Assembly: GCA_963753435.1 (NCBI GenBank)
Contig: CAVWCF010000001.1
Coordinates: 448,001 to 512,000 of the forward strand
Direction of reading: 5' to 3'
Length of the DNA: 64,000 nucleotides
From: an uncultured Actinomycetota bacterium
GTDB taxonomy: Bacteria; Actinomycetota; Actinomycetes; CAVWCF01
Of the stretch, positions 53,860 through 62,615 are shown one piece after another (within the stretch, counting starts at the first letter, position 1; the number at the start of each line of letters is the position of its first letter). The notes beneath the pieces are model-generated. The model ran no database searches. It was given only the letters and a program-made list of their open reading frames with translations, and was not told where the DNA came from. A program made the position numbers and the translations under genes.

Positions 53860-56800
53860 ATGGTGACCAGTGCCACGGTGGCGACCACCGTTCCCACAAC
53901 TGTCCCTCAAGAGCCCGGCTGGGCCGTCCTCGACGGCAACGAGGCGGCAGCGTCGGTTGCCTACGCGCTGTCAGACGTTGTTGCCATCTATCCGATAACG
54001 CCGGCTTCGCCCATGGGCGAGTTCGCCGACTCGTGGTCGGGCGCGGGAAAGCCGAATCTCTTCGGCGCGGTTCCCGACGTCATCGAGATGCAGTCCGAGG
54101 CAGGAGCTGCGGGTGCCTTGCACGGCGCTGCGACGACGGGCGCGTTGGCGACCACCTTCACCGCCTCCCAGGGCTTGCTGCTCATGCTGCCGAACATGTT
54201 CAAGTTGGCCGGCGAACTCACACCGGCAGTGATTCACGTCGCCGCGCGCACTGTGGCCACGCACGCCCTGAGCATCTTCGGCGATCACAGCGACGTGATG
54301 GCTGCCCGGACCACTGGTTGGACCATGCTGGCCTCCGGCAGCGTCCAGGAAGCGCAAGACTTCGCCGCCGTCGCACATGCGGTGAGCCTCAATTCGCGGC
54401 TGCCGGTCCTGCACTTCTTCGATGGTTTTCGCACCTCGCACGAGGTCGCCAAGATTCGCCGACTGGCTGCGGACGACCTGCGGGCGCTGGTTGACGCTGA
54501 CCGGGTCGCCGAGCATCGCGCCCGCGGCCTGACTCCGGACGCCCCGGTTCTGCGCGGCACGGCGCAGAACCCCGACGTCTTCTTCCAGGCCCGGGAGGCG
54601 GCGAACCGCTACCACGACGCCGTCCCCGATGCGGTTGCGTCGGCCTTCACGGCTTTGGCTGAGCGCACGGGGCGGACCTACCAACTGGTCGACTACCACG
54701 GGGCGCCGGACGCTGACCGCGTCATCGTGCTGATGGGCTCGGCGGCCGGGACGGTCGCCGAAGCGGTGGACGCGCTGGTGGCTGGTGGCGAGAAGGTCGG
54801 TGTGGCCACGGTTCGACTCTTCCGGCCCTTCCCCGCTGCGGCGCTGCTGAGCGCGCTGCCCGAAACTGTTCGCGCCGTGGCAGTCCTGGACCGCACCAAG
54901 GAACCGGGCGCCCCCGGTGAACCGCTGTTCCTGGATGTGGCCGCGACGCTGGGGCAAGCAGTGGCAACCGGTCAACGGAGCACGGCGCCGAGAGTCATTG
55001 GTGGCCGATACGGACTGTCCTCAAAGGAATTCACCCCAGCCATGGCAGCGTCCGTGTTCGAGCACGCCAGCGCCGTCCTGGCCGACGGCCTGGACGCCCC
55101 CGGAGCACCGCCGGCGCACGGCTTCACCGTCGGCATCGTCGACGACGTGACCCGCCTTTCGCTGCCCACACACGAACCGCTGCCCAACCTCGCCCCCGTA
55201 CGCACCGCGGTGTTCTACGGCCTCGGTAGCGACGGCACCGTCAGCGCCAACAAGGCCGCGGTGAAGATCCTCGGCGAGAACACCGACCTGCACACGCAGG
55301 GCTACTTCGTTTACGACTCCAAGAAGTCCGGTGCTGTCACCGTCAGCCACCTGCGGATGTCCGAGGACCCGATCCGTTCGGCCTACCTGGTTTCCGGGGC
55401 GGATTTCGTCGCCTGCCATCAGTTCTCCCTGCTGGAGCGAATGGACGTACTCGGCCTGGCGCACCCAGGGGCGACGTTCCTGCTCAACAGCCAGTACGGC
55501 CCGGACGAGGTTTGGGACCACCTGCCAGTTGAGGTGCAACAGGCGATCGTGGACAAGGGGCTGCGGCTGTTCGTGATCGATGCCTACGGCGTATCGGCCG
55601 CCGCCGGACTGCGCCAGCGCATCAACTCCGTGATGATGCCGGCGTTCTTCGCGCTATCAGGAGTGCTGCCCGCGGACGAGGCCCTCGGTCACATCCGGCG
55701 GCACTTCGAGAAGACTTACGCACGCCGCGGCCGCACCGTGGTGGAGCAGAACTTGGCCGCGATCGATGCCGCGCTACAGGCGCTGCACGAGGTCGAAGTG
55801 CCCGGGACGGTCACCTCGCAGATCCGCCGCAGGCGCCCAGTGCCCGAGGACGCACCGGACTTCGTCCAACGCGTCACCGCCCGGATGATCGCCGGTGAGG
55901 GCGACCTGCTGCCGGTCAGCGCGCTGCCCGTGGACGGGTCGTTCCCGACTGCCACCGCGCAATACGAGAAGCGCACGCTGGCGCTGGAGATCCCGATCTG
56001 GGATCCCAGCATCTGCATCGACTGCAACAAGTGCGCCATGGTCTGCCCGCACACCGCTATTCGCGCCAAGGTCGCCGAGCCCGCCGCATTCGACATGCTC
56101 GGGACCGATCTGCCGCGCAAGGACTTCCGGTCCCGCGAACTGCCCGACCGCGCATTGGTGATCCAAGTCGCCCCCGACGATTGCACCGGCTGCGGCATCT
56201 GTGTCGACGTCTGCCCGGCCCGCAGCAAGTCCGAGGCCAAGCACAAGGCGATCAACATGGAGCCGATCGGGGAGCACCTGGACGTGGAACGCGAACGGTT
56301 CGCCGCGTTCCTGGACCTGCCCGAGGCTCCCCGCGACCTGGTCCCGCACGGGACGATCAAGGGCTCCCAATTGCTGCAGCCGCTGTTTGAGTTCTCCGGC
56401 GCCTGCTCCGGATGCGGTGAGACGCCGTATCTGCGGCTGGTCTCGCAGCTGTTCGGCGATCGCGCGATCATCGCCAACGCGACCGGCTGCTCGTCGATCT
56501 ATGGCGGGAACCTGCCGACCACCCCCTGGTCGGTGAACGCCGACGGGCGCGGTCCGGCCTGGTCCAACTCCCTGTTTGAGGACAATGCCGAGTTCGGCCT
56601 GGGGATGCGGCTGGCGCTGGATCAGGCGCAGGCGCTCGCGATCGAGTTGCTGCGGCAGTTGGCTCCCCGCATCGGCGACGACACGGTGACAGCACTGATC
56701 AGCGGCATCGGCGCCCGCGATGACGTCGGGATCGCCGATCAACGAACCCGAGTGGCGGCGCTGAAGCAGCAACTCGGCGCAGTGGACGACAGCGGTCCCG

Positions 56801-57525
56801 ACCACCTGGCCGCACGCACCTTGCTGACCGTGGCTGACGACTTGGTCCACCGCAGCGTGTGGATCGTCGGCGGGGACGGCTGGGCCTACGACATCGGCTT
56901 CTCCGGCCTGGACCACACCTTGGCCGCCGGACGTGACGTCAACCTGCTGGTCCTGGACACGGAGGTCTACTCCAACACCGGGGGCCAGGCGAGCAAGTCC
57001 ACGCCCCGCGCAGCAGTGGCGAAGTTCGCCACCGGCGGCAAGCCAACACCGAAGAAGGACCTCGGGATGATCGCGATGGCCTACGGCACTGCGTATGTCG
57101 CCCAGATCGCATTGGGCGCCAACGACGTGCAGACCTTGCGCTCCCTGCAGGAGGCCGAAGCCTTCCCCGGACCCTCGCTGGTCATCGCGTACTCGACGTG
57201 CATCGCACACGGCATCGACATGAAGACGTCCATGACGCACCAGAAGGACGCCGTGGCAAGCGGCTACTGGCCACTGTTCCGATTCCGGCCGGGTAGCGAC
57301 GAGCACGAACACCCGTTCAGCCTGGACTCCAAGGAGCCGTCGATCCCGTTCAAAGACTTCGCCAAGTCCGAGGCACGGTTCGCAATGCTCGCTCGCACTC
57401 ACCCGGAGGCGGCCGAACACCTTGGCCGCGCCGCCCAGGCCGACATCGACGAACGCTGGCGCTACTACAGCCAACTGGCCGGACTGGAACGCTCGGTTGC
57501 GGCGGATGCGGAGGAAACGGAATGA
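53860..57525 (+). CDS. nifJ: Pyruvate:ferredoxin (flavodoxin) oxidoreductase, single-chain type
   Basis: DGNEA, YPITP, QSEAGAAG, DGFRTSHE, two CxxCxxCxxxCP motifs, GACSGCGE, GGDGWAYDIG and YSNTGGQ. Confidence 0.97.
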   Translation: MVTSATVATTVPTTVPQEPGWAVLDGNEAAASVAYALSDVVAIYPITPASPMGEFADSWSGAGKPNLFGAVPDVIEMQSEAGAAGALHGAATTGALATTFTASQGLLLMLPNMFKLAGELTPAVIHVAARTVATHALSIFGDHSDVMAARTTGWTMLASGSVQEAQDFAAVAHAVSLNSRLPVLHFFDGFRTSHEVAKIRRLAADDLRALVDADRVAEHRARGLTPDAPVLRGTAQNPDVFFQAREAANRYHDAVPDAVASAFTALAERTGRTYQLVDYHGAPDADRVIVLMGSAAGTVAEAVDALVAGGEKVGVATVRLFRPFPAAALLSALPETVRAVAVLDRTKEPGAPGEPLFLDVAATLGQAVATGQRSTAPRVIGGRYGLSSKEFTPAMAASVFEHASAVLADGLDAPGAPPAHGFTVGIVDDVTRLSLPTHEPLPNLAPVRTAVFYGLGSDGTVSANKAAVKILGENTDLHTQGYFVYDSKKSGAVTVSHLRMSEDPIRSAYLVSGADFVACHQFSLLERMDVLGLAHPGATFLLNSQYGPDEVWDHLPVEVQQAIVDKGLRLFVIDAYGVSAAAGLRQRINSVMMPAFFALSGVLPADEALGHIRRHFEKTYARRGRTVVEQNLAAIDAALQALHEVEVPGTVTSQIRRRRPVPEDAPDFVQRVTARMIAGEGDLLPVSALPVDGSFPTATAQYEKRTLALEIPIWDPSICIDCNKCAMVCPHTAIRAKVAEPAAFDMLGTDLPRKDFRSRELPDRALVIQVAPDDCTGCGICVDVCPARSKSEAKHKAINMEPIGEHLDVERERFAAFLDLPEAPRDLVPHGTIKGSQLLQPLFEFSGACSGCGETPYLRLVSQLFGDRAIIANATGCSSIYGGNLPTTPWSVNADGRGPAWSNSLFEDNAEFGLGMRLALDQAQALAIELLRQLAPRIGDDTVTALISGIGARDDVGIADQRTRVAALKQQLGAVDDSGPDHLAARTLLTVADDLVHRSVWIVGGDGWAYDIGFSGLDHTLAAGRDVNLLVLDTEVYSNTGGQASKSTPRAAVAKFATGGKPTPKKDLGMIAMAYGTAYVAQIALGANDVQTLRSLQEAEAFPGPSLVIAYSTCIAHGIDMKTSMTHQKDAVASGYWPLFRFRPGSDEHEHPFSLDSKEPSIPFKDFAKSEARFAMLARTHPEAAEHLGRAAQADIDERWRYYSQLAGLERSVAADAEETE

Positions 57526-58517
57526 GCGTCGACCTGACCGTCACCTACCTGGGGATGCAACTGCATTCCCCGCTCGTCGCCTCGGCCGGTCCGCACACCC
57601 GCAGCCTGGACAACCTGCGGCGCCTGGAGGACGCCGGCATCGGGGCCGTGGTGCTGCCCTCCCTCTTCGAGGAGCAACTGATCGCGGAGTCGACACAGGT
57701 CGACGCACTGGTGGGCGACTTGGGTGCCGGCTTCGCGGAGACCAGTGGCTTCTACTCCGAGGATGTCGCGTTCGCGACGGGACCAGATGAGTACTTGGAG
57801 TTGTTGGCCGGCGCCAAGGCGGCCTTGAGCGTCCCCGTGGTCGCCAGTCTCAACGGCATCAGCGCTTCCGGGTGGACTCACTACGCCTCGCTGCTGCAGG
57901 AGGCCGGAGCCGACGCGCTGGAACTCAACGAGTACCGAATTGCGGCGGACCCGGACCGCTCCGCCGCCGACGTGGAGGCGGAGGTGCTCGACGTGATCGA
58001 GCAGGTCCGACAGGCCGTGAGCATTCCGATCGCGGTCAAACTGGGCCCCTACTTCACGTCCCTGCCGCATCTGGTGCGCCGCATCGAGAAGTCCGGGGCC
58101 AGTGGGCTGGTGCTGTTCAACCGCTTCTACCAGCCCGATTTGGATTTGGAGTCACTGCGCGCGACACCGGCCCTGGTGTTGTCCACCTCGGCTGATCTGC
58201 GCCTGCCACTGCGCTGGATCGGGCTGCTGCGCCACCTCACCGACCTGAGCCTGGCGTTGTCATCCGGAGTGCACACGGCCGAGGACGCGATCAAGTCGAT
58301 CCTGGTCGGCGCAGACGCGGTGATGATGACGTCGGCCTTGCTGCACCACGGCGCCGAGCACGTCACAACCGTGCAGGCAGGCATGCAGGCCTGGTTCGAC
58401 GAGCACGAGTACGAGTCGGTTGACCAGGCCCGCGGTTCGGCCGCTTGGGCGACCGGGCCGGACCCCACCGCCTTCGAAAGAGCCAACTACCTGACCGTCC
58501 TGACCAGCTACGTGTGA
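57522..58517 (+). CDS. Dihydroorotate-dehydrogenase-like flavoprotein (NifJ-associated type)
   Basis: YLG..L.SPLVAS, SLFEEQ, KLGP and LFNRFYQPD; ELNEY replaces ELNxSCPN; ATGA overlap with nifJ. Confidence 0.88.
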   Translation: MSVDLTVTYLGMQLHSPLVASAGPHTRSLDNLRRLEDAGIGAVVLPSLFEEQLIAESTQVDALVGDLGAGFAETSGFYSEDVAFATGPDEYLELLAGAKAALSVPVVASLNGISASGWTHYASLLQEAGADALELNEYRIAADPDRSAADVEAEVLDVIEQVRQAVSIPIAVKLGPYFTSLPHLVRRIEKSGASGLVLFNRFYQPDLDLESLRATPALVLSTSADLRLPLRWIGLLRHLTDLSLALSSGVHTAEDAIKSILVGADAVMMTSALLHHGAEHVTTVQAGMQAWFDEHEYESVDQARGSAAWATGPDPTAFERANYLTVLTSYV

Positions 58518-58529
58518 TCGGAGGAGCCG

Positions 58530-59414
58530 ATGAGCCGACTGAATGAAGTTAGGGAGCCGCTGGAGCGGTTCCGTAGCGCCTTCGCAGAGCACCTTCCGGC
58601 CGCGGACCGATTGGACTTCAACGTCGACCGGCTGACTCCCGAGGGGCGGACCTATCTGCGTGCGGAGACCTACGCAACGCCCACCTTGTCCCGGCTGGTT
58701 ATGGAGGAGTACCTGATCGGTAGCCGCATGCACGGCACGGTGATCATGGCCTTCGGCCAGCCGACCAGCGAGCAGCCGATCTTCTTCTACCAGCTCGGCG
58801 GGGTGGGCGACCGTTCGATCGCAGTGCTGGACATCAGCCCCGTCACTGCCGACCTTGATCTGTCCGCACTCGCGCCGGTGCACGCGCACTACGCCGAAGC
58901 GCTGGGCCTGACCGAGACCGCAACCGGATGGCTGCAAACCATCTGCTCGCCGTACTTGCTGCACTGCAACTACGCGGAGTTGGACGAGGAACTGTTCATC
59001 GAGGCCATGGCGGCCTACTTGGACGTCTGGATGACGCATTTTCACGGCGCGGAACTGCCCACAGGCTCCGATGCCCGCACCGAGCAGGTGACCAACGCGC
59101 TGTACAAGTTCAAGTTCCAGCTGCACCACCACGACCCGGCGTACGGGTTCTTCGCCAGGGCCTGGGGCAAGCCCGCCGCGGACGCATTCATCGACATCGA
59201 ATGCGGGGACCATCCCGCCTACCTGCCGCCGGTTTCCCTCGACGAGCATGTGAAGGTCTGGCACAACGACGAACTCAACGTCGTGTGGACCGAGGCCGCC
59301 CAGCAGGTGGTCGAAGCGGCGCCGGATGCCGACGCACGCCGGGAGCAGGTGGAGGCCGCTGCTGCTGAGGCTGGCTTCGGCATCGTCACCGCCGAACTGC
59401 TGGATCGCTTCTGA
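58530..59414 (+). CDS. Ferredoxin-dependent bilin reductase (FDBR)-fold protein with C-terminal PCP_red-like domain
   Basis: Manual alignment to recalled PcyA/PebA motifs: YATPTLSRLVME, FGQP..EQPIFFYQL..AVLDISP, WLQTICSPY, HDPAYGFFARAWG; tail VWTEAAQQVVEAAP..REQVEAAAAEAGFGIVTAELL; SD GGAGG. Confidence 0.7.
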   Translation: MSRLNEVREPLERFRSAFAEHLPAADRLDFNVDRLTPEGRTYLRAETYATPTLSRLVMEEYLIGSRMHGTVIMAFGQPTSEQPIFFYQLGGVGDRSIAVLDISPVTADLDLSALAPVHAHYAEALGLTETATGWLQTICSPYLLHCNYAELDEELFIEAMAAYLDVWMTHFHGAELPTGSDARTEQVTNALYKFKFQLHHHDPAYGFFARAWGKPAADAFIDIECGDHPAYLPPVSLDEHVKVWHNDELNVVWTEAAQQVVEAAPDADARREQVEAAAAEAGFGIVTAELLDRF

Positions 59415-59433
59415 GCCCGGGCGGGCAACCTGG

Positions 59434-60081
59434 TCAGTTGTTCGATCCGACCAGCACAGCGGGAACGTCAATTCCCAACTCCCCCGCCGCCTCAACTACT
59501 GCCGGCGGCAACGGATCGAAACGGGCGCCTTTGGTCTTCGCGGTCATGGCCGCATGGATAGCGGCACGGATCGAATCCTCAACCAATCCGCGAGTCCGTT
59601 CGGCTTCAGCCGGTCCGGCCCAGGTTTCGATCCGCCAACGTTCCACCGCCCGCAATGCAATCGACGCCGCCAGCGTCCCCGCGTAGCAGAGCTGAAACGC
59701 CACCAGCCGCGCGAGGCGATGCGCGGCTTCAGCGGAGTCTCGGTCGATCTCCAGGTCGCCGCTACCGGTAACCCAGCCGAGCAACTGGCGAGCGTCGAGT
59801 CGGGTGCCGTCCGGCAGCCGCACAGTTTCCCCTTCCGGGGGGATGAGCATGGCGACGGGCGGCTCACCCAGGACGTCTGCGACTGCGGCCCACTCATCCA
59901 GCGAGAGCCGACGACGCCCCTGTTCGATGTTCGTCACCGCGGTGGCGTTCAGCCCGTAGCCGGCGGCCTCCAGCCGATCCCCCAACTCCCGCGCCGACCA
60001 GCCGCGGGCGCCACGGTGCACCCGCATCCATCTGACGACGGTCTCGCCCAGGTCTGTGCCGGTCTTGGCCTTTGTCGTCAT
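59434..60081 (-). CDS. XRE-family HTH regulator (phage/AICE repressor-like)
   Basis: R..RGWSARELGDRL...TAVTNIEQGRRRLSLDE..A.A.VLG.PP..ML.P. Confidence 0.82.
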   Translation of the reverse strand: MTTKAKTGTDLGETVVRWMRVHRGARGWSARELGDRLEAAGYGLNATAVTNIEQGRRRLSLDEWAAVADVLGEPPVAMLIPPEGETVRLPDGTRLDARQLLGWVTGSGDLEIDRDSAEAAHRLARLVAFQLCYAGTLAASIALRAVERWRIETWAGPAEAERTRGLVEDSIRAAIHAAMTAKTKGARFDPLPPAVVEAAGELGIDVPAVLVGSNN

Positions 60082-60182
60082 GCACCAAACCTATGGCCTC
60101 AAGGGAAGCCATCTCACCGGATCAGCTTTACGCCAGAAGAGTCGCCGCAAGGTCGCCTCAGTCCCGCATGCACATGCGCCAC

Positions 60183-60374
60183 TCAGCCGTAGAACAGCTG
60201 AAACAACTCATAAACGGCGATGGCCGGCCAGACGATCGCCTTGGGGATGGCCAGGACGTAGTCCCAGAAGCGGCTTGCCTCGACGAAGAAGTAGATGCCC
60301 GCGCCGATCAAACCGAGTCCGTAGACCGCGTTGCCACCTGCACTGGTGCCAGCAGAACTGTTCGATGAACCCAT
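60183..60374 (-). CDS. Small membrane protein
   Basis: GNAVYGLGLIGA.IYF...KAIVWPA pattern; SD GGAGGGAGG before ATG 60374. Confidence 0.8.
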   Translation of the reverse strand: MGSSNSSAGTSAGGNAVYGLGLIGAGIYFFVEASRFWDYVLAIPKAIVWPAIAVYELFQLFYG

Positions 60375-60507
60375 TTCGCCTCCCTCCGATTGCCGATCCC
60401 AGGCTAGGGGTTGACCGCGCCGGCGATCAGGACTGAAGGCCCTGCGCTGCGGGGCTGTCCTGCGGCAGGCTTCGCGGTAGCCGACAGGGGATGCGGCGTG
60501 GAGGTGT

Positions 60508-60891
60508 GTGGTGGCCAAAGTGCAGAAGGCGACCGCTGCGACGGGTTCGGCCGGGAAGGTTCAGCCCGCCTCAGTGGACCAGGAGTCACCGAAGCCCGGC
60601 ATCGTGCTGCGCAGCTACCGGTTCAGCCTCAAATCGGTGGAGAAGACCAGCGTCTTCGTCGGCGGCAACGCCATCGGGGCGCTACGCGTCATCGGCCTAC
60701 CCAAAGGCGCCACATCCAAGTTGCGCAACGGCCAGGCAGCATCACTGCGTGGTGTCACCCAGTGGTCTGACGACGTCGGCACCAAGGTCGCCCACGGCAT
60801 CGGCAAGGGCAAGGTGCTGGCCAAGCAGGGAGCCAAAGACGGGGCCCGCGCCTGGGCGCGCGGCATGAAGTTCTTCATCACGCTGCGCTGA
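60508..60891 (+). CDS. Hypothetical Lys/Gly-rich protein, possibly a 5'-truncated remnant
   Basis: Coding-like codon usage in the 3' two-thirds; start uncertain. Confidence 0.45.
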   Translation: MVAKVQKATAATGSAGKVQPASVDQESPKPGIVLRSYRFSLKSVEKTSVFVGGNAIGALRVIGLPKGATSKLRNGQAASLRGVTQWSDDVGTKVAHGIGKGKVLAKQGAKDGARAWARGMKFFITLR

Positions 60892-60982
60892 CCCGCCGCC
60901 TGACCCCCGGTGTGGCGAGACGTCGGCAGGTCCGGACCGCGTCGCCCACGTTGGCTAGCGTTGCGTCGTGATCGGCGTAGGG

Positions 60983-61120
60983 ATGCGTGCGGCCACGTTT
61001 GCACTGATGCGTGGCCTTGCGGACATGGTGACCTGGGCGCTGTTGGGCGTGGTGCTGCCCCTGCTGGGAGCGTGGATGGCAGTCCAGACCCTCGGGTTCT
61101 ACCTCTGGCTGCGGCCCTAG
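60983..61120 (+). CDS. Putative 45-aa membrane peptide (below the track cut-off)
   Basis: MRAATFALMRGLADMVTWALLGVVLPLLGAWMAVQTLGFYLWLRP*; mostly G/C third codon positions. Confidence 0.45.
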   Translation: MRAATFALMRGLADMVTWALLGVVLPLLGAWMAVQTLGFYLWLRP

Positions 61121-61158
61121 CCGGACTACCCCCCGGAACCGGCCCTCGTTGAACGAGC

Positions 61159-61822
61159 TCAGTCGAGGCTGAACGGCGGGTACTTGTCAGTCAGCAACAG
61201 CGTTGCGTAGGCAAGGACTCGAAGCGTCCAGCGCCCGACCCCGACCACGTAGTCGAACAGGCCCTGCGGGTAGCGGCCGGTGAACAGAATCGCGAACCAG
61301 GCGATGATCACGGCGAAGACCGCGCCGATGTACAAGAAGAACAGCACCACGTAGTGCGGGATCGCGAGGAACCACTTGACGAGGGGCAACCAGCGGTTCA
61401 GGTCCTGCGGTACATCGGGATAGTCGAGATCCAGGTGCACCGCCTGCTCGTCCTCGGTCGACGGGTACGCGTCCGTCAGCAACGCAAAATACGCGCCAAT
61501 ACGGGCACCGAAGCGGTTGAGCTCCAGTGCGAAGTTGAACCACCACCGCGGGTACCGCTGCCTGAAGATGATCAGCAGCGCGGTCACCACCGCCAGGCTC
61601 GTCGCGATGCTGCCCGAGCTCCAACTCGCGCTGGAGACAACATCACCGGCCTCATCGATCAGAGTGACGGTGCTCTCCGAACTCGTACTCAGGATTGAGA
61701 AGACAATTGCGATCGGGATGATCCAAAGGATCCGGACAGAACGTGGTGAAGCGGTCCAACTGCTCCGGGTAGTCGACCTCTAGGCGCGCTGCGTAACGGC
61801 TATCTGAACTGCTCGTAGTCAT
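61159..61822 (-). CDS. DUF4389 membrane protein, with one +1 frameshift near 61738
   Basis: YAARLEVDYP.QLDR in frame 1, then RILWIIP...RYPRWW...LLTDAYP...LNRWLPLVKW...DKYPPFSL in frame 2; junction TTC T GTC CGG. Confidence 0.85.
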
Positions 61823-61945
61823 GCCTCCATCTTGCAGGCTTTGGGTCACGACCGTGATCAGATTTGGGATTCGGACGGGCGCCAGACCTGGTCACCGTTG
61901 CCGATCGGAATCGACACCGGAGGCCGTTCCGGCCAGGCTTGGGTG

Positions 61946-62599
61946 ATGGGCGCATTGCTACGAGGCGCGACAGTTGCGGCGGCGGCGGGAGCCGTCTACG
62001 CGCTGCGGCTACGCCAGATCCAGCTGCACTGGGGCGCGACGCCGAGCGAGTTGGGCGCAGAGTTGCCCGGGGACTCCATCCTCGAGGAGGCCGACCTGGT
62101 CGCTACCAGAGCCGTCGGTATCGATGCCCCGGTGGCGGCCGTCTGGCCATGGCTGGCCCAGATGGGCCAAGGGCGCGGCGGTCTGTACTCCTATGACTGG
62201 CTGGAGAACCTCGTCGGCTGTCAGATTCACAGCGCGGATCGAATCGTGGCGCAGTGGCAAGGGGTGAGCGAGGGAGACGAGTTCCGACTGCACCCGGATG
62301 TCGCACTGCGGGTGGAGCTGGTAGACCCGCCGAACGCCTTGGTGGTGCGCGGTGGCGTACCGGCGTCTGGAGCCGTTGGTGAGGACGAAGCCCCCTATGA
62401 CTTCACCTGGGCTTTCGTGCTCCAGCCGTCCGGAAGCGACCGGTCGCGACTCGTTGTCCGGGAGCGGTACCGCTACCTGACCAAGTGGGCTCCGCTGCTA
62501 GTCGAGCCGGTCGCCGCCGTCAGCTTCGTCATGACCCGCAGAATGCTTGTCGGCATTCGCGAGCGCGCCGAGGCACTGCCAACGCACTCCCCTAGCTGA
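61946..62599 (+). CDS. SRPBCC-like hypothetical protein
   Basis: WGAT..E....LPGD, TRAV.I.AP...VWPWL.QMG..RGG.YSYDWLEN and SFVMTRRML. Confidence 0.8.
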   Translation: MGALLRGATVAAAAGAVYALRLRQIQLHWGATPSELGAELPGDSILEEADLVATRAVGIDAPVAAVWPWLAQMGQGRGGLYSYDWLENLVGCQIHSADRIVAQWQGVSEGDEFRLHPDVALRVELVDPPNALVVRGGVPASGAVGEDEAPYDFTWAFVLQPSGSDRSRLVVRERYRYLTKWAPLLVEPVAAVSFVMTRRMLVGIRERAEALPTHSPS

Positions 62600-62615
62600 C
62601 GCCTAGGATCGCGAT

